Shown here piece by piece: positions 17,295 through 25,831 of a stretch of 64,000 bases of DNA. The DNA is from Candidatus Binataceae bacterium. GTDB lineage: Bacteria > Desulfobacterota > Binatia > Binatales > Binataceae. The notes beneath the pieces were generated by a model. That model worked only from the letters and a program-made list of their open reading frames with translations. It was not told the DNA's origin and did no database searches. Position 1 is the stretch's first letter. Each line of letters begins with the position of its first letter. The stretch lies in the NCBI GenBank assembly GCA_030041155.1, contig JASHOJ010000157.1:8328-72327 (forward strand), written 5' to 3'. Position numbers and translations under genes: made by a program.

Positions 17295-19945
17295 GCCGCG
17301 GCGCCATCGCGCGCAACTAAAGCCACCGGAAACCGCGCGAACAGATCCGCGACGCGCGCATCCGCGGAAATTTCTTCATCGGTCAGACGATTGATCCATC
17401 TGCCCGGCGGCAGCCGCACCGAAGTATCCTGATAATCGCCTCCACTCCCCATCACGAGCCGCGGCATCACGGCCGCAACCCGTTCACCGCGCATAAAAGC
17501 CACTACATTGCCGGATTTGGGGCCGACCACCTCAATCGGCGTGAATGCCGCACCGGGTGTGAAACAATCGCTAAAGGACTTGCGCAGTTCGAGGCCGCGC
17601 TTGATAAGCCACATCTTTGGCGCTCCGGTATCGCCGCGCGCCATCACTTTTTCAGGTTCCAGGCTGTCAAGGCTTTGAAGCAGCTTGCGCCGCCGCTCAA
17701 AATCAACCGGCCTGCGATTGTCGGGATCTACCAGGGTGAGATTCCATAATTCGCAGCCCTGGTAAAAGTCCGGCACCCCGCAGGCGGTGATCTTGAGAAG
17801 CGTCATCGAAAGTGAGTTGATGCGCCCGGGTTCGACCAGCGACTGGGCAAATTCGCGAAGCGAGAACATAAATTCTTCGCTGTCGAACAGCGCGTTGATA
17901 TAGGAGTTGAGCGCGTCTTCGTATTGCTGATTCGGGTCAGTCCAAGTGGTGTAGACCTTGGCCTCGCGCACCAGCTTGCGCGCGTATTCGAGCATCCGCT
18001 CGCGTTCGATCGGCCACGCTCCGACCATGGTCTGATAGATATGGTATTCGGTGTTGCGATCGGGCATCGTACCAGTGCGCCACGGCTCGTTCATCGCGGA
18101 CCATTTCTGCACCGCGGCGCCCCACCTTTCGGGAATCTCTGACAGCAGGTAAAGCCGCGCGCGAACGTCCTCGCCGCGCTTGCTGTCATGGGTCGAGGTG
18201 CCGGCCATGGTGCGCGGCCATCGTGAATTCATCCGGCGGCACCATTCGTAAAAACATCGCGGCTCGATTCCGAACTGGTCGGGATTTCCGCCCACTTCGT
18301 TGAGCGCGATCAGGCGGTTGAACGTGTAGAAGGCCGTATCTTCAACGCCCTTCGCCATAACCGCGGCCGAGACCTGCTGAAACCGCATCGCCAGCTCCCG
18401 CGCAAGATCTCCGGCAACGTCTCGAACCAGGATGTCGCGCAGGAAGTCGAACAGCCGCTGGTCCAGATCCAAACGGTACGCCTTGGCATCCTCAATAGCT
18501 GACTCGATTTGCCGCCGATCCTCGGTCGAACGATCGCCGTTATCGCGGACATAAGTTCGGTAAACCTTGAAGCAGGCAAGCGCGGCGCGCAGCACCTCGT
18601 GACACTCGTGGCGCGTATAGTCGCGATGCAGCCGGTGATTCTCGCATACCGCGAGGAACAAGCCAGTCAGGCGGTTTACGTCGCTGCCGAGCGACTCGCG
18701 CATCGCTAGCTGCTTCTTGGCTTTTAGATAGGTCTGGAAATCGACCGATTCACCGGTGAAACCACGGTAAAGCTCGGTCATCGGCTCGGCGCCGGCGGGA
18801 TCGACAAACAAACCGCCCGCCATGTTCATGAAATCGTAGCCGGTGGTGCCATCGATCGGCCAGTTTTCGCGAATCGCCTCGCCGGTGCTAAGAATTTTTT
18901 CGGCAACAATCCACGCATCGGGGCACGCCTCTCGCAGTCGCTCGAAATACTCCAGCGGATCGCGCAGCCCGTCTGGATGATCGACGCGCAGGCCGGTGAC
19001 TTCACCGGTGGCGACCAGCTTGAGCGTCCTCGTATGAGTGGCGCGGAAGACAGTCGGGTCCTCCATCCTGAGCCCGACCAGAGAGTTGATATCGAAGAAG
19101 CGGCGGTAGCCGACATCGCGCGCCGCCATCCTCCAGTACGCGAGCCGGTAATTCTGTCGCTCCAGGAACTGATGCAAGCGGTCGGAATCGGAATTGAGCG
19201 CGGCCAGCACTCGATCGATTTCGGCGGCCAGATCCGGATTTTCCCCGATCAGCCGCTCCAGCCATCCGTACAGGACTTTCTTGTCGCGCTGGCGGCGAAC
19301 AATACTTCCTGCGTCGGTAACCGCGGGCGATGGCAGCTCGCTAAGTGCATCGGCCAGCGCGGCCAACTCTTCGTTGTGCGCCGCCGACGCGGCGGTGTTG
19401 AGGATTTCGTACAGCGACCGCGGCGCGACCGGAAATGATCGATCCTCGTAGCGGACCACGAAATCGGGCCCCTTCCGCACCACCGTAAACTTGTGGCTCT
19501 CGAGCAGCACCCCATACTGATCGGCAAGGACCGGCAAAAGGACAGTGTTATGGAGGCGGCGCTCCGGCGGTTCCCAATCGACATCGAAAAAGGCCGCGAA
19601 CGGGCTCGAAGGTCCGTTTTCCAGCACGTCCCACCACCATGGGTTTTCGCGGCCGGTTATCGCCATGTGATTGGGGACCACATCCAGTAGCTGACCCATC
19701 GAATGTTTTTTCAACGCCGCGACGAGTTTGGCGTACCCGCGTTCGCCACCCCACTCCTCGTTCATTCTCGAATGATCGGTCACGTCGTAGCCGTGAGTGC
19801 TGCCGGGCGCCGCCTGTGAGCATTGCGGACAATACAGGCAATCGATTCCGAGCGCCGCGAGATATGGAATGAGCTTCGCGGTCGCGGCGAAGTCGCAATC
19901 CGGATTTATCTGGACCCGATAGGTTGCGGTCGGTTCAAAGCGCAC
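17291..19945 (-). CDS. treY: malto-oligosyltrehalose synthase
   Basis: 884 aa. N-terminus ATYRVQ...YL..LGIDCLY.....A.PGSTHGYDVTDH and GLRVDHPDGL. Confidence 0.9.
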   Translation of the reverse strand: MRFEPTATYRVQINPDCDFAATAKLIPYLAALGIDCLYCPQCSQAAPGSTHGYDVTDHSRMNEEWGGERGYAKLVAALKKHSMGQLLDVVPNHMAITGRENPWWWDVLENGPSSPFAAFFDVDWEPPERRLHNTVLLPVLADQYGVLLESHKFTVVRKGPDFVVRYEDRSFPVAPRSLYEILNTAASAAHNEELAALADALSELPSPAVTDAGSIVRRQRDKKVLYGWLERLIGENPDLAAEIDRVLAALNSDSDRLHQFLERQNYRLAYWRMAARDVGYRRFFDINSLVGLRMEDPTVFRATHTRTLKLVATGEVTGLRVDHPDGLRDPLEYFERLREACPDAWIVAEKILSTGEAIRENWPIDGTTGYDFMNMAGGLFVDPAGAEPMTELYRGFTGESVDFQTYLKAKKQLAMRESLGSDVNRLTGLFLAVCENHRLHRDYTRHECHEVLRAALACFKVYRTYVRDNGDRSTEDRRQIESAIEDAKAYRLDLDQRLFDFLRDILVRDVAGDLARELAMRFQQVSAAVMAKGVEDTAFYTFNRLIALNEVGGNPDQFGIEPRCFYEWCRRMNSRWPRTMAGTSTHDSKRGEDVRARLYLLSEIPERWGAAVQKWSAMNEPWRTGTMPDRNTEYHIYQTMVGAWPIERERMLEYARKLVREAKVYTTWTDPNQQYEDALNSYINALFDSEEFMFSLREFAQSLVEPGRINSLSMTLLKITACGVPDFYQGCELWNLTLVDPDNRRPVDFERRRKLLQSLDSLEPEKVMARGDTGAPKMWLIKRGLELRKSFSDCFTPGAAFTPIEVVGPKSGNVVAFMRGERVAAVMPRLVMGSGGDYQDTSVRLPPGRWINRLTDEEISADARVADLFARFPVALVARDGAAA

Positions 19946-22067
19946 GGCACATCACGATTAGCGATCGAGGATTTACCTCAATCTTATCGCCCGCGTTGAC
20001 CGGACGCCCGGGTTTAACGGGTGGCCTACCGGACGTGTCCATCTCTTTTCTCCATCGCTTGCCCCATTTGTCGGAAGGCAGGACGAACTCAAGCGGCTCG
20101 TGGCCCGCGTGAAACATCAGGTAGAACGAGTCGTCGCGGACCTTGCGTCCATACTCATCCGAGCCCGCTATTTCGCCGTTATAGAACACCGCGAGCGACT
20201 TGGCATTGCCGTCGTTCCAGTCCACATCCGACATTTCGTTGCCATCCGGCCGAAACCATCCGATATCGCCGTTGACGGAGCCGCGAATCGCGCGCCCCTG
20301 AAGCCATCTGCGGCGCCGGAATACCGGATGCGCGCGGCTGAACGACGACATCCAGCGGCAAAACGCGAGCTGATCGCGATCGACGTGCTCCCAGTCAAGC
20401 CACGAAAGCTCATTATCCTGGCAATAGGTGTTGTTGTTGCCGGATTTGGTCTGTCCGATCTCATCGCCCGCGCGCAGCATCGGCACCCCCAGGGACAGGA
20501 ACAGAGTCGCGACAAAGTTGCGCATCTGGCGTTTGCGCAGGGCGTTTATCGCGGGATCGTCGGTTGGACCTTCCACGCCGCAGTTCCATGACCGATTATC
20601 CGAGGATCCGTCGCGATTATCTTCGCCGTTGGCCTCGTTGTGCCGATCGTTGTAGCTGACCAGATCTCTTAGCGTAAACCCGTCATGCGCGGTGATAAAG
20701 TTGATGCTCGCGTAAGGCCGCCGTCCGCCGCTTTCGTACAGATCCGAGCTGCCGGTAAGGCGCATTCCCAGTTCACTCAGGCTGCGATCCGCGCCGCGCC
20801 AATAATCGCGCAGACAATCGCGATATTTCCCGTTCCATTCCGACCACAACACGGGAAAGTTGCCGACCTGATATCCGCCGTCACCCAGATCCCACGGCTC
20901 GGCGATCAGCTTGACCTGCGAGAGAGTCGGATCCTGATGGATGATATCGAAGAACGCCCCCAGACGGTCAACCTCGTGCAGTTCGCGAGCCAGCGCCGAC
21001 GCCAAATCAAATCGGAATCCGTCAATATGGTATTCGATTACCCAATAGCGCAAGCTATCCATGATTAGCTGCAGCGACCGCGGATGACGCATGTTCAGCG
21101 TGTTTCCGCATCCGGTGTAATCGACGTAATAGCGCGGATTATCCTCGGCCGTGCGGTAGTACGCGAGATTGTCTATCCCCCTGAAGCATAGGGTGGGTCC
21201 GAGATGATTTCCCTCGGCGGTATGGTTGTAGACCACGTCGAGTATTACTTCGAGACCCTCGCGATGCAGCGCGCGGACCATCCCCTTGAATTCCGCCACC
21301 TGATCGCCAGCCGAGCCGACCGAAGAGAATCGGCTATCGGGCGCAAAGTATCCAATCGAGTTGTATCCCCAATAATTGGTCAGACCGCGATCGAGTAGCT
21401 GCCGGTCGGAAACCGAATGATGGATCGGCATCAATTCCACCGCCGTCACGCCGAGCGACTTGATGTACTCGATAGCGGAGGGCTGCGCGAGGCCGGCATA
21501 AGTTCCGCGCAGTTCCTCTGGTATTCCGCGATTTCTCGCGGTGAATCCCTTGACGTGGAGTTCGTAAATCACCGTCCGATGCCACGGAATTCGTAGCAGC
21601 GTGTCGCCGTGCCAGTCGAAATATGGGTCCGCGACAACGCTTTTGGGGACAAACGGCGCGCTATCGCGATCGTCACGGCTTAAGTCCTCGTCCTCGTTTC
21701 CGATCGTATAGCCGAACACCGCGTTGTCCCATCGCACTGCGCCGTCAATCGCCTTGGCGTAGGGATCGAGCAGCAGTTTTGCGGGATTGAAACGGTGTCC
21801 TTTGGCCGGATCGTAGTCGCCCTGAACCCTATAGCCGTAACGCAGGCCCGGCTTGGCGCGCGGCAGGTAGACATGCCAGACCAGGTCGGTCCGCTCTTCC
21901 AGCGCGATTCGCTCTGTCTGCTGATCAGGCTTTGAAGGATCTTCGAACAGGCACAACTCGACGCCGGTCGCGTTCTCGCTGAAGAGCGAGAAATTGACGC
22001 CCGCACCGTCCCAAATCGCGCCCTGAGGATACGGCGTTCCTGGCGTGATGCGCCGTGATTCGCTCAT
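19935..22067 (-). CDS. glgX: glycogen debranching enzyme GlgX/TreX
   Basis: 710 aa. VILDVVYNHTAEG, GFRFDLASAL, LIAEPWDLG and FITAHDGFTLRDLVSYN. Overlaps the treY start by 11 nt. Confidence 0.9.
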   Translation of the reverse strand: MSESRRITPGTPYPQGAIWDGAGVNFSLFSENATGVELCLFEDPSKPDQQTERIALEERTDLVWHVYLPRAKPGLRYGYRVQGDYDPAKGHRFNPAKLLLDPYAKAIDGAVRWDNAVFGYTIGNEDEDLSRDDRDSAPFVPKSVVADPYFDWHGDTLLRIPWHRTVIYELHVKGFTARNRGIPEELRGTYAGLAQPSAIEYIKSLGVTAVELMPIHHSVSDRQLLDRGLTNYWGYNSIGYFAPDSRFSSVGSAGDQVAEFKGMVRALHREGLEVILDVVYNHTAEGNHLGPTLCFRGIDNLAYYRTAEDNPRYYVDYTGCGNTLNMRHPRSLQLIMDSLRYWVIEYHIDGFRFDLASALARELHEVDRLGAFFDIIHQDPTLSQVKLIAEPWDLGDGGYQVGNFPVLWSEWNGKYRDCLRDYWRGADRSLSELGMRLTGSSDLYESGGRRPYASINFITAHDGFTLRDLVSYNDRHNEANGEDNRDGSSDNRSWNCGVEGPTDDPAINALRKRQMRNFVATLFLSLGVPMLRAGDEIGQTKSGNNNTYCQDNELSWLDWEHVDRDQLAFCRWMSSFSRAHPVFRRRRWLQGRAIRGSVNGDIGWFRPDGNEMSDVDWNDGNAKSLAVFYNGEIAGSDEYGRKVRDDSFYLMFHAGHEPLEFVLPSDKWGKRWRKEMDTSGRPPVKPGRPVNAGDKIEVNPRSLIVMCRAL

Positions 22068-22222
22068 TGTCGTATGCGTCCATGTGACTGGCCGTCGCCA
22101 CCATTTTGAGATGAGTCGCGCCTAAATCCGGCGTGAAACACGATTCGGCAAGCGCCGCTCCTCAGTGGGCTCGTCCGGAACGGTTCTTCCGGGTTGCGAC
22201 GGACAGAAACGCATTCAAGAAG

Positions 22223-22238
22223 ACGCAATTTCGAGGCC
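22223..22238 (-). promoter_or_regulatory. candidate sigma-54 (-24/-12) promoter
   Basis: The minus strand reads TGGCCT-CGAAA-TTGCG with exact spacing. It lies about 157 nt upstream of the glgX/treX ATG (22067). TGGCC rather than TGGCA. Confidence 0.4.
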
Positions 22239-22260
22239 ATGCACCGGTCGGATGCCTGCC

Positions 22261-22512
22261 TTATAGGTGCTGGCGAGAATTGAATACCCCTGCGGAAAGC
22301 AGAAATGCGCCAGCAATTATGGTTCCGGCGCTTATCGGAATTGGTATCGATCTGATGCTCTCGCGCTCGGACGGAACAGACATTGGACCGAGCTTCGCCA
22401 CGTGCGTGCTATCGTGTGTTACGAACGCGGGCGTCACCAAGCTTAGCACTCCAAGAACTATAAGAACCGCGCCGATTAGCGCGATGATCTTCACCGTCCC
22501 GGCCGCCGACAA
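22261..22512 (-). CDS. small membrane protein (83 aa, two hydrophobic helices)
   Basis: IIALIGAVLIVLGVLSLV and ISAGTIIAGAFLLSAGV. Last gene of the stress operon. Confidence 0.45.
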   Translation of the reverse strand: MSAAGTVKIIALIGAVLIVLGVLSLVTPAFVTHDSTHVAKLGPMSVPSERESIRSIPIPISAGTIIAGAFLLSAGVFNSRQHL

Positions 22513-22569
22513 CCCGGTCTTACAGCGCGCCGCTCGTGCGATGGCAGATAACTGGACCTCGGCGCGTAC

Positions 22570-22968
22570 TCACGCGGGATCGTTCTGCGGTGACGGCCGT
22601 TGCTGATACCCGGCCTGAGACGCACTTTTTCGATGGGTCGCGACCCAGCCAAGAATCGCGCCGACGATCACCGCGAGCAATCCGCTAAGCGCAAGCGACA
22701 GCCACCACGCAATCCAGATGTGCAGCAGAACGATCAATGCGCCGAACAGAAATACTCCGCCGGTGCTCAGCGCCGTTATCCCGAGCAGACTCGCCACCAG
22801 CCGGTCGGTCAATTCGGTAAACAGGAGCCCGAGCGCGTTCTCGAAGATACGCATCTCGGCCTTGCCAATCTCGGCCACGTCGTCGACCAGGCGCTCGGCC
22901 AGCGTCGTCCAATTGTTGTCCCCATCATGCGCAAGCGGATGATCCTGGCGCGATCTTTCAGTGTTCAT
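22570..22968 (-). CDS. holin-X / YqjE-like (DUF1469) membrane protein
   Basis: 132 aa. An amphipathic N-terminus is followed by two TM helices (LLGITALSTGGVFLFGALIVLL, WWLSLALSGLLAVIVGAILGW). Position after DUF883-type genes as in yqjD-yqjE loci. Confidence 0.55.
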   Translation of the reverse strand: MNTERSRQDHPLAHDGDNNWTTLAERLVDDVAEIGKAEMRIFENALGLLFTELTDRLVASLLGITALSTGGVFLFGALIVLLHIWIAWWLSLALSGLLAVIVGAILGWVATHRKSASQAGYQQRPSPQNDPA

Positions 22969-23254
22969 GCTCCAAGCTCTCGTCGTCCGCGGTCAGCATC
23001 CTTTTCCGAACCGCGCCCGACATCCCGCCGATCATTGCGCCCAGAATTATGAAGCGGCGATCCAGCATTCCGATCATAAAACCGGTCGCGCACGCGACAC
23101 AGATCGACGTGCCTAGATGACGTTTCAGCATCCGCTCCGGCGACAGGCGATTCTGAACCCTCTCGACTTTATTGTTGACCGCCTCGAGGGTTTCGTGGAG
23201 CCGCTCTTTAGCCGCTTCCAGATGCTGCTCCAGCTCGGCGCTCTCGTCTTCCAT
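22958..23254 (-). CDS. coiled-coil plus C-terminal TM protein (YqjD/DUF883-like architecture)
   Basis: 98 aa. Charged helical N-terminus (ELEQHLEAAKERLHETLEAVNNKVERV), then a TM segment. Overlaps the upstream ORF by 47 nt, so the start is uncertain. Confidence 0.45.
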   Translation of the reverse strand: MEDESAELEQHLEAAKERLHETLEAVNNKVERVQNRLSPERMLKRHLGTSICVACATGFMIGMLDRRFIILGAMIGGMSGAVRKRMLTADDESLEHEH

Positions 23255-23477
23255 CTCCGTTACCTTCGCTCAGGGCTTCGCGAATCAACTCGGGCATCGC
23301 GAGACGGATCGAGTAGATGAGCATGGTCCGCCCAATCCACGTATGCAGTCCGCCACCGACGAAAAATCCGGCGCCACACGCGATAGTCATCGACGTAAGC
23401 GGACGCTTCCTGATCCGCCGCGTAATCGCGGCCACTCCATATTCCGCCTCGGCTTGAGAATACGGCGACGCGGCCAT
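23208..23477 (-). CDS. small membrane protein (89 aa)
   Basis: RKRPLTSMTIACGAGFFVGGGL resembles the DUF883 C-terminal anchor. The tail overlaps the next ORF. Confidence 0.4.
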   Translation of the reverse strand: MAASPYSQAEAEYGVAAITRRIRKRPLTSMTIACGAGFFVGGGLHTWIGRTMLIYSIRLAMPELIREALSEGNGDGRRERRAGAASGSG

Positions 23478-23493
23478 CAGACTTTTCCTGTCT

Positions 23494-23748
23494 CTACGAT
23501 GAGAGCCGACGCAGCAGATGCGCCGCTATGTATCCGACCAGAAACGCGCCCGCCACCGCTATCAGCGGATCGCGCTTGACGAAGCTGGTCAACGTCTCGC
23601 TCAGTTCGCTCGCATACTCGAGCGACCTGTCACCATACTCGCGCACCGTGTCGTAGCTGTCCTCCATCATCCGACGGCCTCTGCGCCGAGCTTCGTGGAG
23701 AGCGTCACTCGCGGCGTTCCTTGCACCTTCCAAAGACTCATTGTCCAT
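23494..23748 (-). CDS. DUF883 (YqjD/ElaB-like) membrane-anchored stress protein
   Basis: ATG 23748 with AGAGG 8 nt upstream (TTG 23793 is less likely). C-terminus KRDPLIAVAGAFLVGYIAAHLLRR is the family-typical anchor. Confidence 0.65.
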   Translation of the reverse strand: MDNESLEGARNAASDALHEARRRGRRMMEDSYDTVREYGDRSLEYASELSETLTSFVKRDPLIAVAGAFLVGYIAAHLLRRLSS

Positions 23749-23816
23749 TTGACGAACCTCTGCTCTGAGAGATGACGTCACGGCAGGCAACAACCGCCCT
23801 GACGATACGAAAATCG

Positions 23817-23832
23817 AGCAAATCTGTTGCCA
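23817..23832 (-). promoter_or_regulatory. candidate sigma-54 (-24/-12) promoter
   Basis: The minus strand reads TGGCAA-CAGAT-TTGCT with exact spacing. GC lies 70 nt upstream of ATG 23748. Divergent from the sigma-54 activator gene. Confidence 0.6.
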
Positions 23833-24045
23833 CTTAACTATCCAAGTATGAATTGATGAAGTGCGCAGGCGGACGCGGACCGTGAAAAAATGTGAGGACG
23901 TGAACCTGCGAGCGGTCCCGAAATTCGGCTCGCTGCTTGCCCCGACGCCAACCGCAATTCCTGATTTTCGACTCCCTCGTTGTCGGACTCATACAGCGCC
24001 TCGGTTCGGCCGACCATAGCTGAAAGACTCACAGTTCCGGTAAAA

Positions 24046-24060
24046 TTTACATAATGTAAA
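24046..24060. promoter_or_regulatory. perfect 15-bp palindrome TTTACATAATGTAAA in an AT-rich divergent control region
   Basis: Read directly. It lies about 215 bp from the -24 element at 23832 and about 200 bp from ATG 24263. Confidence 0.35.
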
Positions 24061-24262
24061 CGAAATGAGGTATTTGACGAAATTCAGCTCGTGGCAGCCA
24101 TAGTTTCAGCTGTAAAATGCGCCTATCGCGGCTGCAAGATTGGTGATGTATTTTATTCAAAGTCGGTAAAAATTATAGGAGATTGCACTCAGAACGCGCG
24201 TAATCATCAGGATCTATATGGTACGATAATTGTTCATCTGACTGCGGAAGGATAGGCCTTAG

Positions 24263-25624
24263 ATGCCTCATCAGACGAGAATTCTGGTAGCGGAGGACGA
24301 CGTCTCGACACATGAATCCTGGCGCGAATCCCTCAATTCGTGGGGATATAAAGTCGATGTCGCCGAAGACGGCGTCCACGCTCTTGAGATAATCAAGACT
24401 TTCCAGCCCGATTTGCTGCTCGCGGATCTGAAGATGCCGCGCAAGAACGGTCTTGAGCTTCTGCGCGAGATCCGCGACATGGGCCTCAAGCTCTCGACGA
24501 TTGTCATTTCGGGCGAAGGCGATATCCCGGAAGCGGTTGAGGCGATCAAGCTCGGCGCGATCGATTACTTGCGCAAGCCCGTTGATCCGCCGCATCTGCG
24601 CCAGATGCTCCGGACACTGGCCGACAGTATCGAAATGCGCGAGGAGAACCTGACGCTGCGGCGACGGCTGGCCGAGGTCGGCGAATTAGGCCCGCTTTAC
24701 GGCCGCTCGCCCGCGATGCGCAAGGTGATAACCGCGATCGAGCGAGTCGCGCAATCGGCGGCCTCGGTGGTGATTTCGGGCGAAAGCGGAACCGGCAAAG
24801 AGTTGGTCGCTCGAACCATTCACGAGATGTCGCCGCGGCGCAATGCCGCTTACGTCGGCCTCAACTGCGCCGCTATTCCTGAAACGCTGATGGAGAGCGA
24901 GCTATTCGGGCATGAGCGCGGAGCGTTCACCGGCGCCGACAAGCGCCGCGAAGGATGCTTCGAAACCGCCAACGGTGGAACCCTGCTGCTCGACGAAATC
25001 ACCGAGATGAAGCCGGAGTTGCAGGCCAAGCTTCTGCGCGTGATCGAAGAGCAGCGGCTGCGCCGGGTGGGCGGAACCGCCGAAATCACCCTCGATGTTC
25101 GGGTGCTGGCCGCTTCCAATCGCGACATCGAACAGGCAGTGCGCGATGGCAAGCTGCGCGAGGATCTTTTCTATCGACTGAACGTCTTCTCTATAATGCT
25201 CCCGCCACTTCGCGAGCGCGGCGACGACCTGCCGCTGCTGGTCGATTCGTTTGTTCAGCATTATTCCGAGCGCAACAACAAACACGTAGTAGGCGTTGAT
25301 GAGGAATGCCTTGCCGCACTGCGGGCTCATCCGTGGCCCGGCAACGTGCGCCAGTTGCGCAACGTGATCGAACGCGCACTTATCGTGTGCGACGGCAAGA
25401 TGATCGGCAGACACGACCTGCCCGAGGAATTCCGCTCCGCCGCTCAGGGCGAAGCCGGTTACTTCAAGATAAGGCTCGGAACTTCGCTCGATGACGTGGA
25501 GCGCGAAGTCATTTCGCGCACCATCGAATTCACCGGCGGAAACAAGACCCGCGCCGCGCAAGTGCTCGGAGTGAGCGCCAAAACCCTCTATAACAAGCTT
25601 GATCGCTATCAGCAGGAAGGCTGA
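24263..25624 (+). CDS. sigma-54-dependent response regulator (NtrC family), no adjacent kinase
   Basis: 453 aa. Receiver domain (LLLADLKMP), AAA+ domain with GESGTGKE and GAFTGA, C-terminal Fis-type HTH (NKTRAAQVLGVSAKTLYNKL). Confidence 0.9.
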   Translation: MPHQTRILVAEDDVSTHESWRESLNSWGYKVDVAEDGVHALEIIKTFQPDLLLADLKMPRKNGLELLREIRDMGLKLSTIVISGEGDIPEAVEAIKLGAIDYLRKPVDPPHLRQMLRTLADSIEMREENLTLRRRLAEVGELGPLYGRSPAMRKVITAIERVAQSAASVVISGESGTGKELVARTIHEMSPRRNAAYVGLNCAAIPETLMESELFGHERGAFTGADKRREGCFETANGGTLLLDEITEMKPELQAKLLRVIEEQRLRRVGGTAEITLDVRVLAASNRDIEQAVRDGKLREDLFYRLNVFSIMLPPLRERGDDLPLLVDSFVQHYSERNNKHVVGVDEECLAALRAHPWPGNVRQLRNVIERALIVCDGKMIGRHDLPEEFRSAAQGEAGYFKIRLGTSLDDVEREVISRTIEFTGGNKTRAAQVLGVSAKTLYNKLDRYQQEG

Positions 25625-25768
25625 GACGAGTAAAGCTGACGCGCGAAGCGCATGCTCCTCCAGTAGAGCCCTGACCCTTTTCACGCTAACCCGCTCGCAA
25701 GGCGCTGGAAAAATATACTCACGTAACGGCGTTCCCCTGAGTTTCCGATACGCCAGAAAAATCACTGA

Positions 25769-25784
25769 TGGCCTCTCTCTTGCT
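25769..25784 (+). promoter_or_regulatory. candidate sigma-54 (-24/-12) promoter
   Basis: TGGCCT-CTCTC-TTGCT with exact spacing. GC lies 49 nt upstream of the csbD ATG 25832. Confidence 0.5.
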
Positions 25785-25831
25785 GCGATTACTGGCAGTG
25801 GAGGGTGCATTTTTCTCGAGGAGAATTAGTG

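Noticed and set aside
23838-24032. 64-aa minus-strand ORF upstream of the sigma-54 promoter
   Set aside because: There is no RBS or family signal, and it lies in the presumed enhancer/control region. It cannot be excluded as a small protein, but it is unsupported.
24173-24595. 140-aa minus-strand ORF overlapping the start of the activator gene
   Set aside because: It is antisense to a confidently recognised receiver domain. It has no recognisable family or RBS.
25793-25809. TGGCAG-N6-GTGCA, a sigma-54-like motif 22 nt before csbD
   Set aside because: The GG-to-GC spacing is one nucleotide too long and the -12 element is GTGC. The exact-spacing site at 25769..25784 is the better candidate.
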